A stretch of DNA of 64,000 nt from a virus (Duplodnaviria > Caudoviricetes), in IMG/VR virus record IMGVR_UViG_3300028569_001484, positions 28,166 through 92,165 of that record; one strand, written 5' to 3'. The notes beneath the pieces were generated by a model, which worked only from the letters and a program-made list of their open reading frames with translations, was not told the DNA's origin and ran no database searches. Positions 10,538-20,479 of the stretch are shown here, in pieces; the stretch's first letter is position 1, and each line of letters begins with the position of its first letter. Position numbers and translations under genes: made by a program.

Positions 10538-11275
10538 ATGAAGAAACAAGTATTAACTACATTTATCGACAAATATTCACTCAACGGTACCATTGAAAGT
10601 GTTAAATGGATCGTTGACAACAGCAACAAACAAATCAAAACAGCATCAATTAGTGATGATAAAAACGTTATCAGTTATGTTGTGATTAAAGATGACGCGG
10701 GGTTGACTGATTCTGAGATTGGTATCAATGATACTACCAAGCTAAAGAAGTTGTTGAATGTTCTAACAGAGGACGTTAACATCTCATATAACAAGCGTGA
10801 AGAGAAGATTGTTTCACTATCATTGAATAGTGAAGGTACTGATGTACAGTACGTTACTGCTGATTTGACTGTGATTCCAAAGGTTCCAGATCTCAAAAAG
10901 TTGCCTCCGTTCAATTTAGAGATTCCTCTTACGAAGGACTTTGTTACTACATTCGTTAAAGCTAAGAGTGCTTTGAGTGATGTTGATACAATGACTTTTA
11001 TCAAAGATAAAAAGGATAAGATCAAGTTAACTATTGGATATAGCAGTGTTAATAGCAATCGTATTAATATCGATATCAAGCCAACAGAAGGTAAAGATAC
11101 TCTTGGTAAGACTATTCACTTTAGTGCTAAGTATCTAAAAGAGATTTTGACTAGCAATAGTGATTGTGAAAATGCAGTATTGAAGATCAGTGATGCTGGT
11201 ATTGCTCACGTTGAGTTTAATAACGATCTATTCAATAGTTCTTATTATCTAATTGACATCAAGAGCGTAGATTAA
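10538..11275 (+). CDS. DNA polymerase sliding clamp (gp45/PCNA-like)
   Basis: 245 aa, two-domain beta/alpha pattern (IGIND..KLKKLL; F..KYLKEIL; LKISDAG; SYYL), between polymerase and clamp loader. Confidence 0.75.
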   Translation: MKKQVLTTFIDKYSLNGTIESVKWIVDNSNKQIKTASISDDKNVISYVVIKDDAGLTDSEIGINDTTKLKKLLNVLTEDVNISYNKREEKIVSLSLNSEGTDVQYVTADLTVIPKVPDLKKLPPFNLEIPLTKDFVTTFVKAKSALSDVDTMTFIKDKKDKIKLTIGYSSVNSNRINIDIKPTEGKDTLGKTIHFSAKYLKEILTSNSDCENAVLKISDAGIAHVEFNNDLFNSSYYLIDIKSVD

Positions 11276-11298
11276 TAAAGTAATATAAACGATATGTG

Positions 11299-11329
11299 TA
11301 CCGTTAATTTAATTATTAACGGTTTTTTT
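11299..11329 (+). terminator. intrinsic terminator
   Basis: ACCGTTAAT-loop-ATTAACGGT followed by a T-run. Confidence 0.7.
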
Positions 11330-11343
11330 AATATTAATTTAAA

Positions 11344-11365
11344 TGTTTGGATTTTTTTGTTTGGA
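11344..11365 (+). repeat. direct repeat TGTTTGGA x2 (putative operator, cassette 2)
   Basis: 11344-11351 and 11358-11365 before TATATATA and the leader ATG 11395. Confidence 0.6.
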
Positions 11366-11394
11366 GTTTTATATATATAAATAGAAAGATTTAT

Positions 11395-11556
11395 ATGGGG
11401 AGAAAGAAAAAATATGAAACGAAACAACAACTTATCAATGCAAAAAAAGAATGGCGTAAAAAACACTATTATAAAAAACAAAAATATTATCAAGAGCAAA
11501 GAATGCTTAGATATTGGGCGGATAAAAATTTGGACAAAAATTTGTCCTCAATGTAA
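11395..11556 (+). CDS. MGRKK basic leader micro-protein (cassette 2)
   Basis: MGRKKKYETKQQLINAKKEWRKKHYYKKQKYYQEQRMLRYW... Confidence 0.75.
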   Translation: MGRKKKYETKQQLINAKKEWRKKHYYKKQKYYQEQRMLRYWADKNLDKNLSSM

Positions 11557-12103
11557 AAATATAATTAATTTTATAAATTATAAATCATATAAATTTTCTA
11601 TTAAAAATAATAGTAGATGTAAAATTTGCACTAGTAACGATCTAAACAGGTGTAAAAAAATATCAAACGCTGTAACTAAGAGACAATTAGGTTCAAAATT
11701 AAGTGAAAAAACAAAAGAAAAATTATCTTTAAAATTTCTCGGTAAAAATAATCCTATGTATGGTAAAGATGGTGGGATGTTTGGTAAAAAACATTCAAAC
11801 ATTAGTAAAGAAAAACAATCATTGGCTAGAAAATCTTATTGGGATAAAAAGAGGATTTTGCCTAGAAATAAATTTCAAGAATATAGAGATTCCGTTGATT
11901 GTTTGACCAGAAAACAACCGATTCATTTGTTGGAAAATTCTAACAAACGAGGAAAAGCTGGAATAGAAGGCGCCTTTCATTTAGATCATATAATATCTGT
12001 TTGGTACGGTTATCATCACAATATACCGGCTGAAGAAATTGCTAATATTAAAAATTTGAGGTTTATTTCTTGGTTAGAAAATCAAAAAAAGTGGTGTAAT
12101 TAA
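11414..12103 (+). CDS. NUMOD3 + HNH-like homing endonuclease
   Basis: WTKICPQC...CKIC, GKNNPMYG, GKKHS, FHLDHIISV...NLRFISWLENQKK. Confidence 0.8.
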   Translation: MKRNNNLSMQKKNGVKNTIIKNKNIIKSKECLDIGRIKIWTKICPQCKNIINFINYKSYKFSIKNNSRCKICTSNDLNRCKKISNAVTKRQLGSKLSEKTKEKLSLKFLGKNNPMYGKDGGMFGKKHSNISKEKQSLARKSYWDKKRILPRNKFQEYRDSVDCLTRKQPIHLLENSNKRGKAGIEGAFHLDHIISVWYGYHHNIPAEEIANIKNLRFISWLENQKKWCN

Positions 12104-12148
12104 AAATATTTTCTTGACTGTGGATCTTAGTTGAGGTATCATAATCTA

Positions 12149-13108
12149 ATGAATGAATTTATAGATTTTCAAATTAAACCGTCTGAAAAAACACAATCTT
12201 TATGGGTGGAAAAATATCGTCCTGACGTATTGGACGGCTATGTTTGTGACGATCATTTGAAAAATATCTTGAAGGATTTTATTTTCAAAAAAGATGTTCC
12301 TCATTTGTTGCTTCATGGAAATGCTGGTACTGGCAAGACAACTCTTGCCAAGATTATAACCAAGAATATTCCATGTGATGTAATGTACGTAAATGCTTCG
12401 GACAATACTGGTGTAGATTTTGTTCGTGACAAGATTAGACCATTTGCTTCTTCAATGGGGTTTTATGATCTTAAGATTGTTATCTTGGACGAATCTGATT
12501 ATATGTCAACTGCTTCACAAGCATCACTACGTAATCTTATGGAAACTTATAGTAAGTCTACTCGATTTATTCTTACTTGTAATTATGTAGAAAAAATTAT
12601 TTCTCCGTTAATTAGTCGTTGTCAATCGTTTCAAATTGAACCGCCTGCCAAGAAAGATGTAGCTCTTTATTCCAAGAATATACTTGACAAGGAAACTATC
12701 AAGTATGAATTGTCCGAGTTAAAGACCGTTGTAGATAGTTTTTATCCGGATATTCGTAAAATTGTTAACTTCCTCCAACAGAGTTCTACAAATGGAACTT
12801 TGAAGTTGGGTAAAATACAGAGTGCTAGCTTTGATTTGAAGAACAAGTTAATTGACTTATTAAAGTCTGCTAAGACAAATGGCAAGTCATTTAATGAAAT
12901 TCGTCAATTGATTAATGATGCGGGTACACGTAATTTTGAAGAACTTTATACAGAACTATATTCTAGAATTGACGAATATGCAGTTGGTAAAGAAACATTA
13001 ATTATTATAGAAATCGCAGAATATGTATATCAGAGTAGTATGGTTGTAGACAAAGAAATTACATTTATGGCTTGTGTTGCTAAGATTATTAAATCAATAA
13101 ATAAATAA
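12149..13108 (+). CDS. clamp loader AAA+ subunit (gp44/RFC small-like)
   Basis: LWVEKYRP, GNAGTGKT, NASD, ILDESD, SRC motif. Confidence 0.95.
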   Translation: MNEFIDFQIKPSEKTQSLWVEKYRPDVLDGYVCDDHLKNILKDFIFKKDVPHLLLHGNAGTGKTTLAKIITKNIPCDVMYVNASDNTGVDFVRDKIRPFASSMGFYDLKIVILDESDYMSTASQASLRNLMETYSKSTRFILTCNYVEKIISPLISRCQSFQIEPPAKKDVALYSKNILDKETIKYELSELKTVVDSFYPDIRKIVNFLQQSSTNGTLKLGKIQSASFDLKNKLIDLLKSAKTNGKSFNEIRQLINDAGTRNFEELYTELYSRIDEYAVGKETLIIIEIAEYVYQSSMVVDKEITFMACVAKIIKSINK

Positions 13109-13109
13109 T

Positions 13110-14405
13110 ATGTCATCTTTAAATGAAAATGCGGATAGAGACCTTTATAATGTTATATATGATATCAAATCCGAATGGTTTGATATTGTGTATATATTAC
13201 ACAGTGATAAACGTTCTTCTTTGGAAATTACCACTAAAACAAAGTCGTTAACATTTCCTATGTTTACGGGCGGTCAACGTAGTATTTCTTTTAAAGTAGA
13301 TAAAGAAGATATAGTTGACAGTACATTTAAATTTAAGATCAAGAAAGTAAATAACATTGATGTGGATATTAAATCCATAATAAATCGAGAAAATTTTTAT
13401 GATTTTCTCGGACTCAAACAACATATGGATAATTCATCCATTGAATATTTTAAACAAACAAAAAAAACAATAGAATCTAATAGACTTACTATTCAATGGT
13501 TTGTAACTTGGAAATGCAATATGGCTTGCAACTATTGTTGGCAAGAATCAGCTAGTGATATTTACAGAACACTAGGTAACAAAACATTAAAAACGGCAAG
13601 GGATTGGGCAGATGCAATCAATAAATTAAATCCAGCTCATTTATATTTAACAGGTGGAGAGCCAACTTTATATAAAGAGTTGCCTGATTTAATTGGAATG
13701 TTAAATGATGATATCACGATTGATATGACTTCAAATTTTGGTAAAACATTCGATTTAGAAAAATGGAAAAATATAGACGCTAGCAAATGGAATATTATAT
13801 TTTTTAGTTTGCATCCTACGCAATGGGAAAATCCAAATGATTTCTTTGATAAACTAGAAAAGTTTTTTGAAATATTTGATGCTCGAAAAGTGGGCATTGA
13901 GATGGTATTACATCCTGACAATACTAAGTTGGTAGATCCTAATAAAATAATTGAGTTTTCTAAAAAACATAATCTCGCTGATCCGCATTTAGATGCATTC
14001 GTAGATTCAAATATTAAAAATATTAATTTCTCAAAAGATATAAGTTCGTTGACAGATGATTTGTATCCTAACTATTCTACAGATTATAAGTTTATAGAAA
14101 GGACTACCGACAAATCAAGACAACCTATTTTTTGTCCGGCTGGGTGGAAAAAAATTAATGTTGATTTTGAAGGAAATATCTTTACGTGTATGAGTGCTAT
14201 TGATCGATCAAAGTTATTTCATCAATCTGCAATGCCCCATTATACACCAATTGCAAATATTTTTGATAAAGACTTTGAATTGAAGAAGGAACCGGTAATT
14301 TGTTGGGAATCATTCAGATGTTCGGCTTGTGATTATCAAATGTTGCAACACGCTTGGAGACCTTTCAAGAATAACTTTGACTTTCAACTACCAATTGTCG
14401 AATGA
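13110..14405 (+). CDS. radical SAM protein with SPASM/twitch-like C-terminus
   Basis: CNMACNYC, TGGEP, CPAG...GNIFTC...C..CSAC. Confidence 0.88.
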   Translation: MSSLNENADRDLYNVIYDIKSEWFDIVYILHSDKRSSLEITTKTKSLTFPMFTGGQRSISFKVDKEDIVDSTFKFKIKKVNNIDVDIKSIINRENFYDFLGLKQHMDNSSIEYFKQTKKTIESNRLTIQWFVTWKCNMACNYCWQESASDIYRTLGNKTLKTARDWADAINKLNPAHLYLTGGEPTLYKELPDLIGMLNDDITIDMTSNFGKTFDLEKWKNIDASKWNIIFFSLHPTQWENPNDFFDKLEKFFEIFDARKVGIEMVLHPDNTKLVDPNKIIEFSKKHNLADPHLDAFVDSNIKNINFSKDISSLTDDLYPNYSTDYKFIERTTDKSRQPIFCPAGWKKINVDFEGNIFTCMSAIDRSKLFHQSAMPHYTPIANIFDKDFELKKEPVICWESFRCSACDYQMLQHAWRPFKNNFDFQLPIVE

Positions 14406-15232
14406 TTAATTATCACACATACTATTTAAATGAGAATAAAAAATCCATTGAAAAATGGGATTTTGATGGTAATAATCCAACTCATTTGATTGGAGATTAT
14501 AATCACAATTTAATAGCAAATGAATTATTAAAAAATTTATCTACAATCGCGTCTAACAAAGATGTAATTGATATTGGATGTCGAGATGGATTTTATTCAT
14601 TTTTGTTTGAGAAAATATCAAAAACAGTCACTAGTCTAGATATGGACAATAGAGAAACCAGACAATATGTACATAGTTTTTTAAATTCTAAGTCTAAATT
14701 TATTCATAGTAATATTTACGATATTATTAATTGGGACAATAATATAAAATATGATATTGTATTTATTGCCGATTTATTAGTTCACTTAGAAAATCCAATA
14801 GGAGCACTTAAGTTATTACATACTATTTGCAAAGAAAAAATAATTATTATTTCTGATTTTTTTGATGATACATCATATGATACAGATGTTGTTAGAAAAA
14901 GCATTCACTTCAACGAGGATTTAGTGGGAAATGGTACTATATCAGTGGGTCATATGTTTTTTCCATGGGTATTTTCGCTTAAATCTTTATTTTCATTGTT
15001 GAAAATTACAGGATTTAGCGATATTAAAATAATTAACACGTATGACATTCAGAGTATTAATATTAAAAGTATAAATAATCCATCCGATACTTTTATAAGA
15101 AAGTTTGTGATGATAGAAGCCTCTCCAAATGTAAATACGAATGAAAATGATCTTACATACAACTATAAAGACTCTAATGTTTATAAAATTAATCCACATT
15201 TTAGTTCTTTATATCCATCATTTAAAGTTTAA
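14402..15232 (+). CDS. class I SAM-dependent methyltransferase
   Basis: VIDIGCRDGFYS, YDIV, LLVHLENP. Confidence 0.85.
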   Translation: MINYHTYYLNENKKSIEKWDFDGNNPTHLIGDYNHNLIANELLKNLSTIASNKDVIDIGCRDGFYSFLFEKISKTVTSLDMDNRETRQYVHSFLNSKSKFIHSNIYDIINWDNNIKYDIVFIADLLVHLENPIGALKLLHTICKEKIIIISDFFDDTSYDTDVVRKSIHFNEDLVGNGTISVGHMFFPWVFSLKSLFSLLKITGFSDIKIINTYDIQSINIKSINNPSDTFIRKFVMIEASPNVNTNENDLTYNYKDSNVYKINPHFSSLYPSFKV

Positions 15233-15240
15233 ATCATTTT

Positions 15241-16251
15241 ATGTCAAATATGAATGGTGTAAATAAAAAAACAGCAGTTGTACTAGGTGCGGGTGGATTT
15301 ATAGGCGGACACTTGGTTAAACGATTAAAAGAGGAGGGGTACTGGGTTCGTGGTGTTGACATTAAAAATAATGAATATCACAACTATGCCGATGAATTTA
15401 TATTTGGGGATTTAACAAATCCATCCATTGTTGAATCTGTTATTTTACAAAATGTAGACGAAGTATACCAATTAGCCGCCGATATGGGTGGAGCATTGTA
15501 TATATTTACTGGGCAAAATGATGCTAACGTAATGAGGAATTCAGCATTAATTAATCTTAACGTTGTAAACGAATGTGTAAAAAAGAATGTTAAACGAGTT
15601 TTTTATTCATCTAGTGCATGTATATACCCTGAATATAATCAAATGGATCCAAACAATCCTAAATGTTCAGAAAGCGATGCTTATCCAGCTGGTCCAGACA
15701 GTGAATATGGATGGGAAAAGTTGTTTAGTGAAAGATTATATTTAGCTTATAATAGAAATTATAAGCTAGATGTTAGAATTGCTAGATTTCACAATATATT
15801 CGGTCCATATGGAACGTATAAGGGTGGTAAGGAAAAAGCGCCTGCTGCTATGTGTAGAAAGGCAATTGAGTCGGTCGATGGAGGGGAATTGGAAGTTTGG
15901 GGGGACGGATTGCAAACTCGTTCTTTTTTATATATAGATGATTGTATAGAATCTGTTTTGAGATTTATGAGACAAGATTCATTTTTAGGGCCTGTTAATA
16001 TAGGATCTGAAGAAATGGTTTCTATTAATCAATTAACACAAATGGCAATTGATTTGACTGGTAAAAATATATTTATTAAAAATATCTATGGTGATGAGTT
16101 TAATAAAAAATATGGATTTAAGTGTCCGACAGGCGTTAGAGGTCGTAATTCGGATAATAAATTATATTTTGAAAAAATGGGATGGTTGCCGTCTCAATCT
16201 CTTAAAGATGGAATTAAAAAAACATTTAATTGGATAACACAAGTTATTTAA
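15241..16251 (+). CDS. NAD-dependent epimerase, GDP-mannose 3,5-epimerase-like
   Basis: GAGGFIG, LAADMGG, SSACIYP, YGWEK, EKAPAAMCRK, GVRGRNSDN. Confidence 0.9.
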   Translation: MSNMNGVNKKTAVVLGAGGFIGGHLVKRLKEEGYWVRGVDIKNNEYHNYADEFIFGDLTNPSIVESVILQNVDEVYQLAADMGGALYIFTGQNDANVMRNSALINLNVVNECVKKNVKRVFYSSSACIYPEYNQMDPNNPKCSESDAYPAGPDSEYGWEKLFSERLYLAYNRNYKLDVRIARFHNIFGPYGTYKGGKEKAPAAMCRKAIESVDGGELEVWGDGLQTRSFLYIDDCIESVLRFMRQDSFLGPVNIGSEEMVSINQLTQMAIDLTGKNIFIKNIYGDEFNKKYGFKCPTGVRGRNSDNKLYFEKMGWLPSQSLKDGIKKTFNWITQVI

Positions 16252-16266
16252 TATAATTATATAAAA

Positions 16267-17037
16267 ATGAGCGATGTAAAAAAAATATTAATTGGTATAC
16301 CTGTTAAGAACTGCGGCGCATGGTTAGAAACCACTGTTCGACAGATAATTAATCTTAATTATCATAAAGAAAGCATATCAATTGTTTTTATAGAAAACGA
16401 TAGTGAAGATTATTCTCATAATGTGATAGAATATTGTGTAGATAAGTTATTAAAAAAGTATGCGTACAGATCTGTATCTTACGAAAGAAAAGAACTAGGA
16501 TTTCATTTACCGCACGAATCTAGACATGATTTCAGACATACAACCGGTCGTATGAACAGTTTAAAAGTTATACGTAATTACATTGTTGATACATATTTAA
16601 AAGACAATGATTATTTATGGTGGGTAGATGCAGATTATCAATACATTCCGCCAAACTTTTTAATTGATGCTGTCAATTTTGATAAAGACATAATTATGCC
16701 TAGAGTTGAAGTAGACGGCATTAATTATGATGGGATGACGCATGCTGATATAGATGGATTAGGAGTTCCAATTGATGAAGTCGCTAAAAAATTTGATTGT
16801 GATTTCTATCCAATGAACTTGGTTGAATGTGCGGCGTTGATATCTCGTAAAGTATTTGATTATGGACTACGATATGATAGTGGAATTTTAAAAGGAAATG
16901 ATGGCACTGAACATTTCTATCAAGAAGGTACTCATTTTTCTCATAGAGCTAAATTATCTGGATTTACATTATATGGTTCATTAAAACATATTATAATTCA
17001 TCAATCGATAAATGGAATGATACCATTTGAGGGATAA
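16267..17037 (+). CDS. GT-A glycosyltransferase (GT2/Anp1-like)
   Basis: IGIPVKN, IENDSED, IRN, WWVDAD. Confidence 0.75.
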   Translation: MSDVKKILIGIPVKNCGAWLETTVRQIINLNYHKESISIVFIENDSEDYSHNVIEYCVDKLLKKYAYRSVSYERKELGFHLPHESRHDFRHTTGRMNSLKVIRNYIVDTYLKDNDYLWWVDADYQYIPPNFLIDAVNFDKDIIMPRVEVDGINYDGMTHADIDGLGVPIDEVAKKFDCDFYPMNLVECAALISRKVFDYGLRYDSGILKGNDGTEHFYQEGTHFSHRAKLSGFTLYGSLKHIIIHQSINGMIPFEG

Positions 17038-17044
17038 CAATTTT

Positions 17045-17664
17045 ATGCATATAGATTTAAAAAAAATTGAGACAAGAGTATTGACAATACCTAGTAATGA
17101 AAATAAATTACTTCATTTAAAATCTGTATTAGGGGTGAATTAAATATAAATATATACTACGGTCTTACATTACCAAGACCACTTGGATGTGATCTGTCTT
17201 TAATTAAATTGTGGAATGTTATCAAACCGCCGATTTTGATATTAGAAGATGATTGTTGTCCCACTGAATTTTTTAAAACAGAACTTAATGTGCCGGATGA
17301 CGCCGATGTTGTACATATAGGTACATCTGGTTGGGGTGTAACAAATGGAAACTCAGAATGGCATAATTTCGAATTAACTAAATATAATGATGATTATTAT
17401 AAAATAAACGGAATGACTAGTGCTCATGGCATGTTATTTTTGACAGAAAGATATTTGAAAGCTTTACTAGGTATAGGGGAAAAATATCCTATATTATGTG
17501 ATTTAGGAGGTGTTGGAATTGATTATTTTACATGTCAAGAACAACATAAATATAATGTGTATGGAGTAGCCAAACCATTAGTATATCAAAATGATCCTTG
17601 TACAGAGGGAATGACTAAATATCCATTGGAAGACGTATATAAATCAAAATATGGTAACTTGTAA
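17045..17664 (+). CDS. GT25-like glycosyltransferase, frameshifted at G-run 17131-17134
   Basis: ATG 17045 frame stops early; one extra base joins it to LGCDLS...LILEDD ORF 17209..17664. Confidence 0.6.
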
Positions 17665-18427
17665 ACTTAAAGGCGGTTTAGGAAATCAATTATTTCAGAT
17701 CGCAACGGTATGTAATTTAGCGATGGAAAATAATGATTCTTATGTGTTTAATTTTGAAGATTGTTATACTCCGATGCAAGGATTCCAATCTTCAAAATAT
17801 AAAGAGACCATATATAACAATTTCCACGAAATAAATAATCTTGTTGGAAATAATTTTTATGTAGAACCAACATTTGAATATAAACAAATACCATATTCAA
17901 ACAATATTATTTTGGATGGTTATTTTCAAAGTGAAAAATATTTTTATAATAATAAAGATAACATTGTCAAGTTATTTGATCTAAATTATAAATCAGATGA
18001 AATTTGCAAATTTTTAGAACAGATACCCAAACCTGTAACATCCGTACATATTAGACGAGGAGACTATTTACCATTTACTCACATAGTAAATGCGTTGAAT
18101 GAGAAATATTATTTAGAAACAATTCAAATGATTAATGATAAAACCCAGTCATTTTTAATGTTTTCAGATGATATTACATGGGTTAAAGAAAAGTATAAAC
18201 TGAAAAATGTGTATTTCTCAGAATTTAATGATGAATTGTGTGATTTAATATTGATGAGCAAGTGTGATAATAATATAATAGCAAATAGTACATTTAGTTG
18301 GTGGGGTGCTTATCTAAATAAAAATAAAAATAAAAATAAAACCGTGCTGTCTCCTAAAATATGGTTTAATCCATCATCTGGTATTAATGATAAAGATATC
18401 ATTCCCAATTCGTGGATAAAAATATGA
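17651..18427 (+). CDS. GT11 alpha-1,2-fucosyltransferase-like
   Basis: GGLGNQLFQ, GYFQSEKY, HIRRGDY, FSDD, NSTFSWW. Confidence 0.92.
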   Translation: MVTCKLKGGLGNQLFQIATVCNLAMENNDSYVFNFEDCYTPMQGFQSSKYKETIYNNFHEINNLVGNNFYVEPTFEYKQIPYSNNIILDGYFQSEKYFYNNKDNIVKLFDLNYKSDEICKFLEQIPKPVTSVHIRRGDYLPFTHIVNALNEKYYLETIQMINDKTQSFLMFSDDITWVKEKYKLKNVYFSEFNDELCDLILMSKCDNNIIANSTFSWWGAYLNKNKNKNKTVLSPKIWFNPSSGINDKDIIPNSWIKI

Positions 18428-18431
18428 TTGT

Positions 18432-19112
18432 TTAATTATTAGTTATGATAAAAGATTTTCCAAATGTAGCATACGTTTGATATTCAATATATCCCCATTT
18501 ATTTTGGTTATCAAAATAATCATAGAATGCTTTTTGTTCCCCTTTGTTTTTGTTTCCTTTAAAATTAAACCAATCGTCAAATAGTAATAAAGTACCTTCT
18601 TGTAATAAAGGAGTTATGCCTTGTAAAACAGTTTTGGTTGATGAATACAAATCACAGTCTATATGAATTAAAGCAGCTTTTTTATATATTGAAGGTATTG
18701 TTGCGATTGTAGTTGAATGGAATTCTCCGATTTCAATATTTGGTCTGGGTAAATTATATGTTTCAAATAATTTATAAACTACAGTTTCACTTACTTTTTC
18801 ACCAATTTTACACACTGGATGAAATGAATGATTAATATTAAATATTTTTTTTGTCCATCTAGGATGATCATCATTATCAGATAAACCTTCAAATGAATCA
18901 AATCCAATTATTTGTCTATTAAAATTTACTTTGTGTATACTTTCCTTGCTTTTTTGATGAAAGTATGATAACAAGGCTAAACTTCGGCCTGTATATACAC
19001 CGAACTCTAATATATCTCCTTCAATCAATTCATAATCTATAAATCGAATTGCTGTTTTGAAAAAGGAAGATCTTACGTCGAAATCTATTAAAACATTAAT
19101 GTCGCTTTCCAT
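18432..19112 (-). CDS. TylF/MycF-type O-methyltransferase
   Basis: GDILEFGVYTG, GFDSFEGL, IHIDCDLY, LFDDW. Confidence 0.88.
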   Translation of the reverse strand: MESDINVLIDFDVRSSFFKTAIRFIDYELIEGDILEFGVYTGRSLALLSYFHQKSKESIHKVNFNRQIIGFDSFEGLSDNDDHPRWTKKIFNINHSFHPVCKIGEKVSETVVYKLFETYNLPRPNIEIGEFHSTTIATIPSIYKKAALIHIDCDLYSSTKTVLQGITPLLQEGTLLLFDDWFNFKGNKNKGEQKAFYDYFDNQNKWGYIEYQTYATFGKSFIITNN

Positions 19113-19122
19113 ATATATAACT

Positions 19123-19703
19123 ATGAATGATTGGTTTAAAGACGATGGCGATAACACTTTGAGAATAAATTATAATTTAAATGAAACAAGTCTTGTTGTA
19201 GATCTAGGTGGATACGAAGGAACATTTTCACAAAAAATATATGATAAGTATAATTGTAATATTATATGTTTTGAACCATGTAGTCATTTTTTTGAAAAAA
19301 TAAAAATGAGATTCCATGGAATCGATAAAATAAAAATTTATAATTTAGGGGTTGGAAATTTAACAGAAACTAAAGTTTTGTATTGTTGTGAAGATGCTAC
19401 AAGTTTTTATTGCAAAGTTGGAAACCATTCCGAATCTTCTAATATAATATCGTTTGATAGTTTTGTATCAGATATACATTGTATAGATTTATTGAAAATA
19501 AATATAGAAGGTAGTGAATACGAACTATTAGAACATATACTTGAAAAAATCTGCAAAATAAAATACGTAATATACAAGTTCAGTTTCATAACTGGGTAGA
19601 AAATTGCGAAGATCGTAGAAAAAACATACAAGATGTACTTAGAAAAACACACCAGTTAACATATAATTATGATTTTGTTTGGGAAAATTGGGAACGGTTA
19701 TAA
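19123..19703 (+). CDS. FkbM-family methyltransferase, frameshifted at A-run near 19544
   Basis: VDLGGYEG, CFEP, LKINIEGSEY; the alternate frame continues NIQVQFH...VWENWERL. Confidence 0.75.
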
Positions 19704-19743
19704 ATATGGGGTTTAAAACCATAATTTATATATTTATAAGTAT

Positions 19744-20277
19744 ATGACAAAGTTAAAAGAACTGGGCGACCTCGGAGATAGAATGATGCAAGGTTTACCT
19801 TTTGCTCAAGGAGGAGCTGTTTCTGGTGCTTCTGATGTGTCAACTTTTGCAAGTCCCGACGTATCTCAAGACCCAAATCATTTCGGTACACTAACAGATA
19901 AAAGTAATATTACAGCCGGTGCTAAAGATTCAATGGAAAAAATATCACCATTTGGTCCATATACTGGTCAAAATCCAAGAGATTATGTGGGCGATGTTGA
20001 AAAAATCAAATACAAAGTAACTCCAGATGAAGTTATTATGGGTATTGATTATGAAATGAAAAAATTAGTATTGAAAGACAAACAAGTGGCTAAACAAAAT
20101 GTTGTAAATAATCTAAAGAAAGATCCTCAATACTACAGTAAACTTCATATGTTGGATATAACAGATGAACCAGAAAAGATAGATGAAACAGATTATCGTA
20201 CTCCACAAGAAAAAGCTATAGCTGAAATAATGAGAAATTTACACGAAGCAAAAAAACAACGTAGAAACTGGAACTAA
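19744..20277 (+). CDS. hypothetical (probable virion-internal) protein
   Basis: GIDYEM...NL..DPQYYSKL motif shared with the N-terminus of 20472 ORF; TATTTATA upstream. Confidence 0.65.
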   Translation: MTKLKELGDLGDRMMQGLPFAQGGAVSGASDVSTFASPDVSQDPNHFGTLTDKSNITAGAKDSMEKISPFGPYTGQNPRDYVGDVEKIKYKVTPDEVIMGIDYEMKKLVLKDKQVAKQNVVNNLKKDPQYYSKLHMLDITDEPEKIDETDYRTPQEKAIAEIMRNLHEAKKQRRNWN

Positions 20278-20278
20278 T

Positions 20279-20479
20279 ATGGCTAACTTTGCTAAAGATA
20301 AACCCACATACCGTAAGGCCGATCCACTTCACAAAGGTTGGCACTATATTGGCGACGGCAGATTTCACGATCCAAGTGTTGGTAGCGATCCAATGAGAGG
20401 TCGTAGATGGATGATTGATCCAGGAGCTGGTAGTGGTAAAAGCTTTTCAAAATTTCAACAAGGACTAAAGAATGATTAA
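20279..20479 (+). CDS. hypothetical protein
   Basis: Operon position, 66 aa. Confidence 0.6.
   Translation: MANFAKDKPTYRKADPLHKGWHYIGDGRFHDPSVGSDPMRGRRWMIDPGAGSGKSFSKFQQGLKND

Noticed and set aside
18315-18341. AAAAAT tandem repeat in the GT11 gene
   Set aside because: In-frame hexamer microsatellite (NKNKNKNK) in a loop region; no evidence of function.
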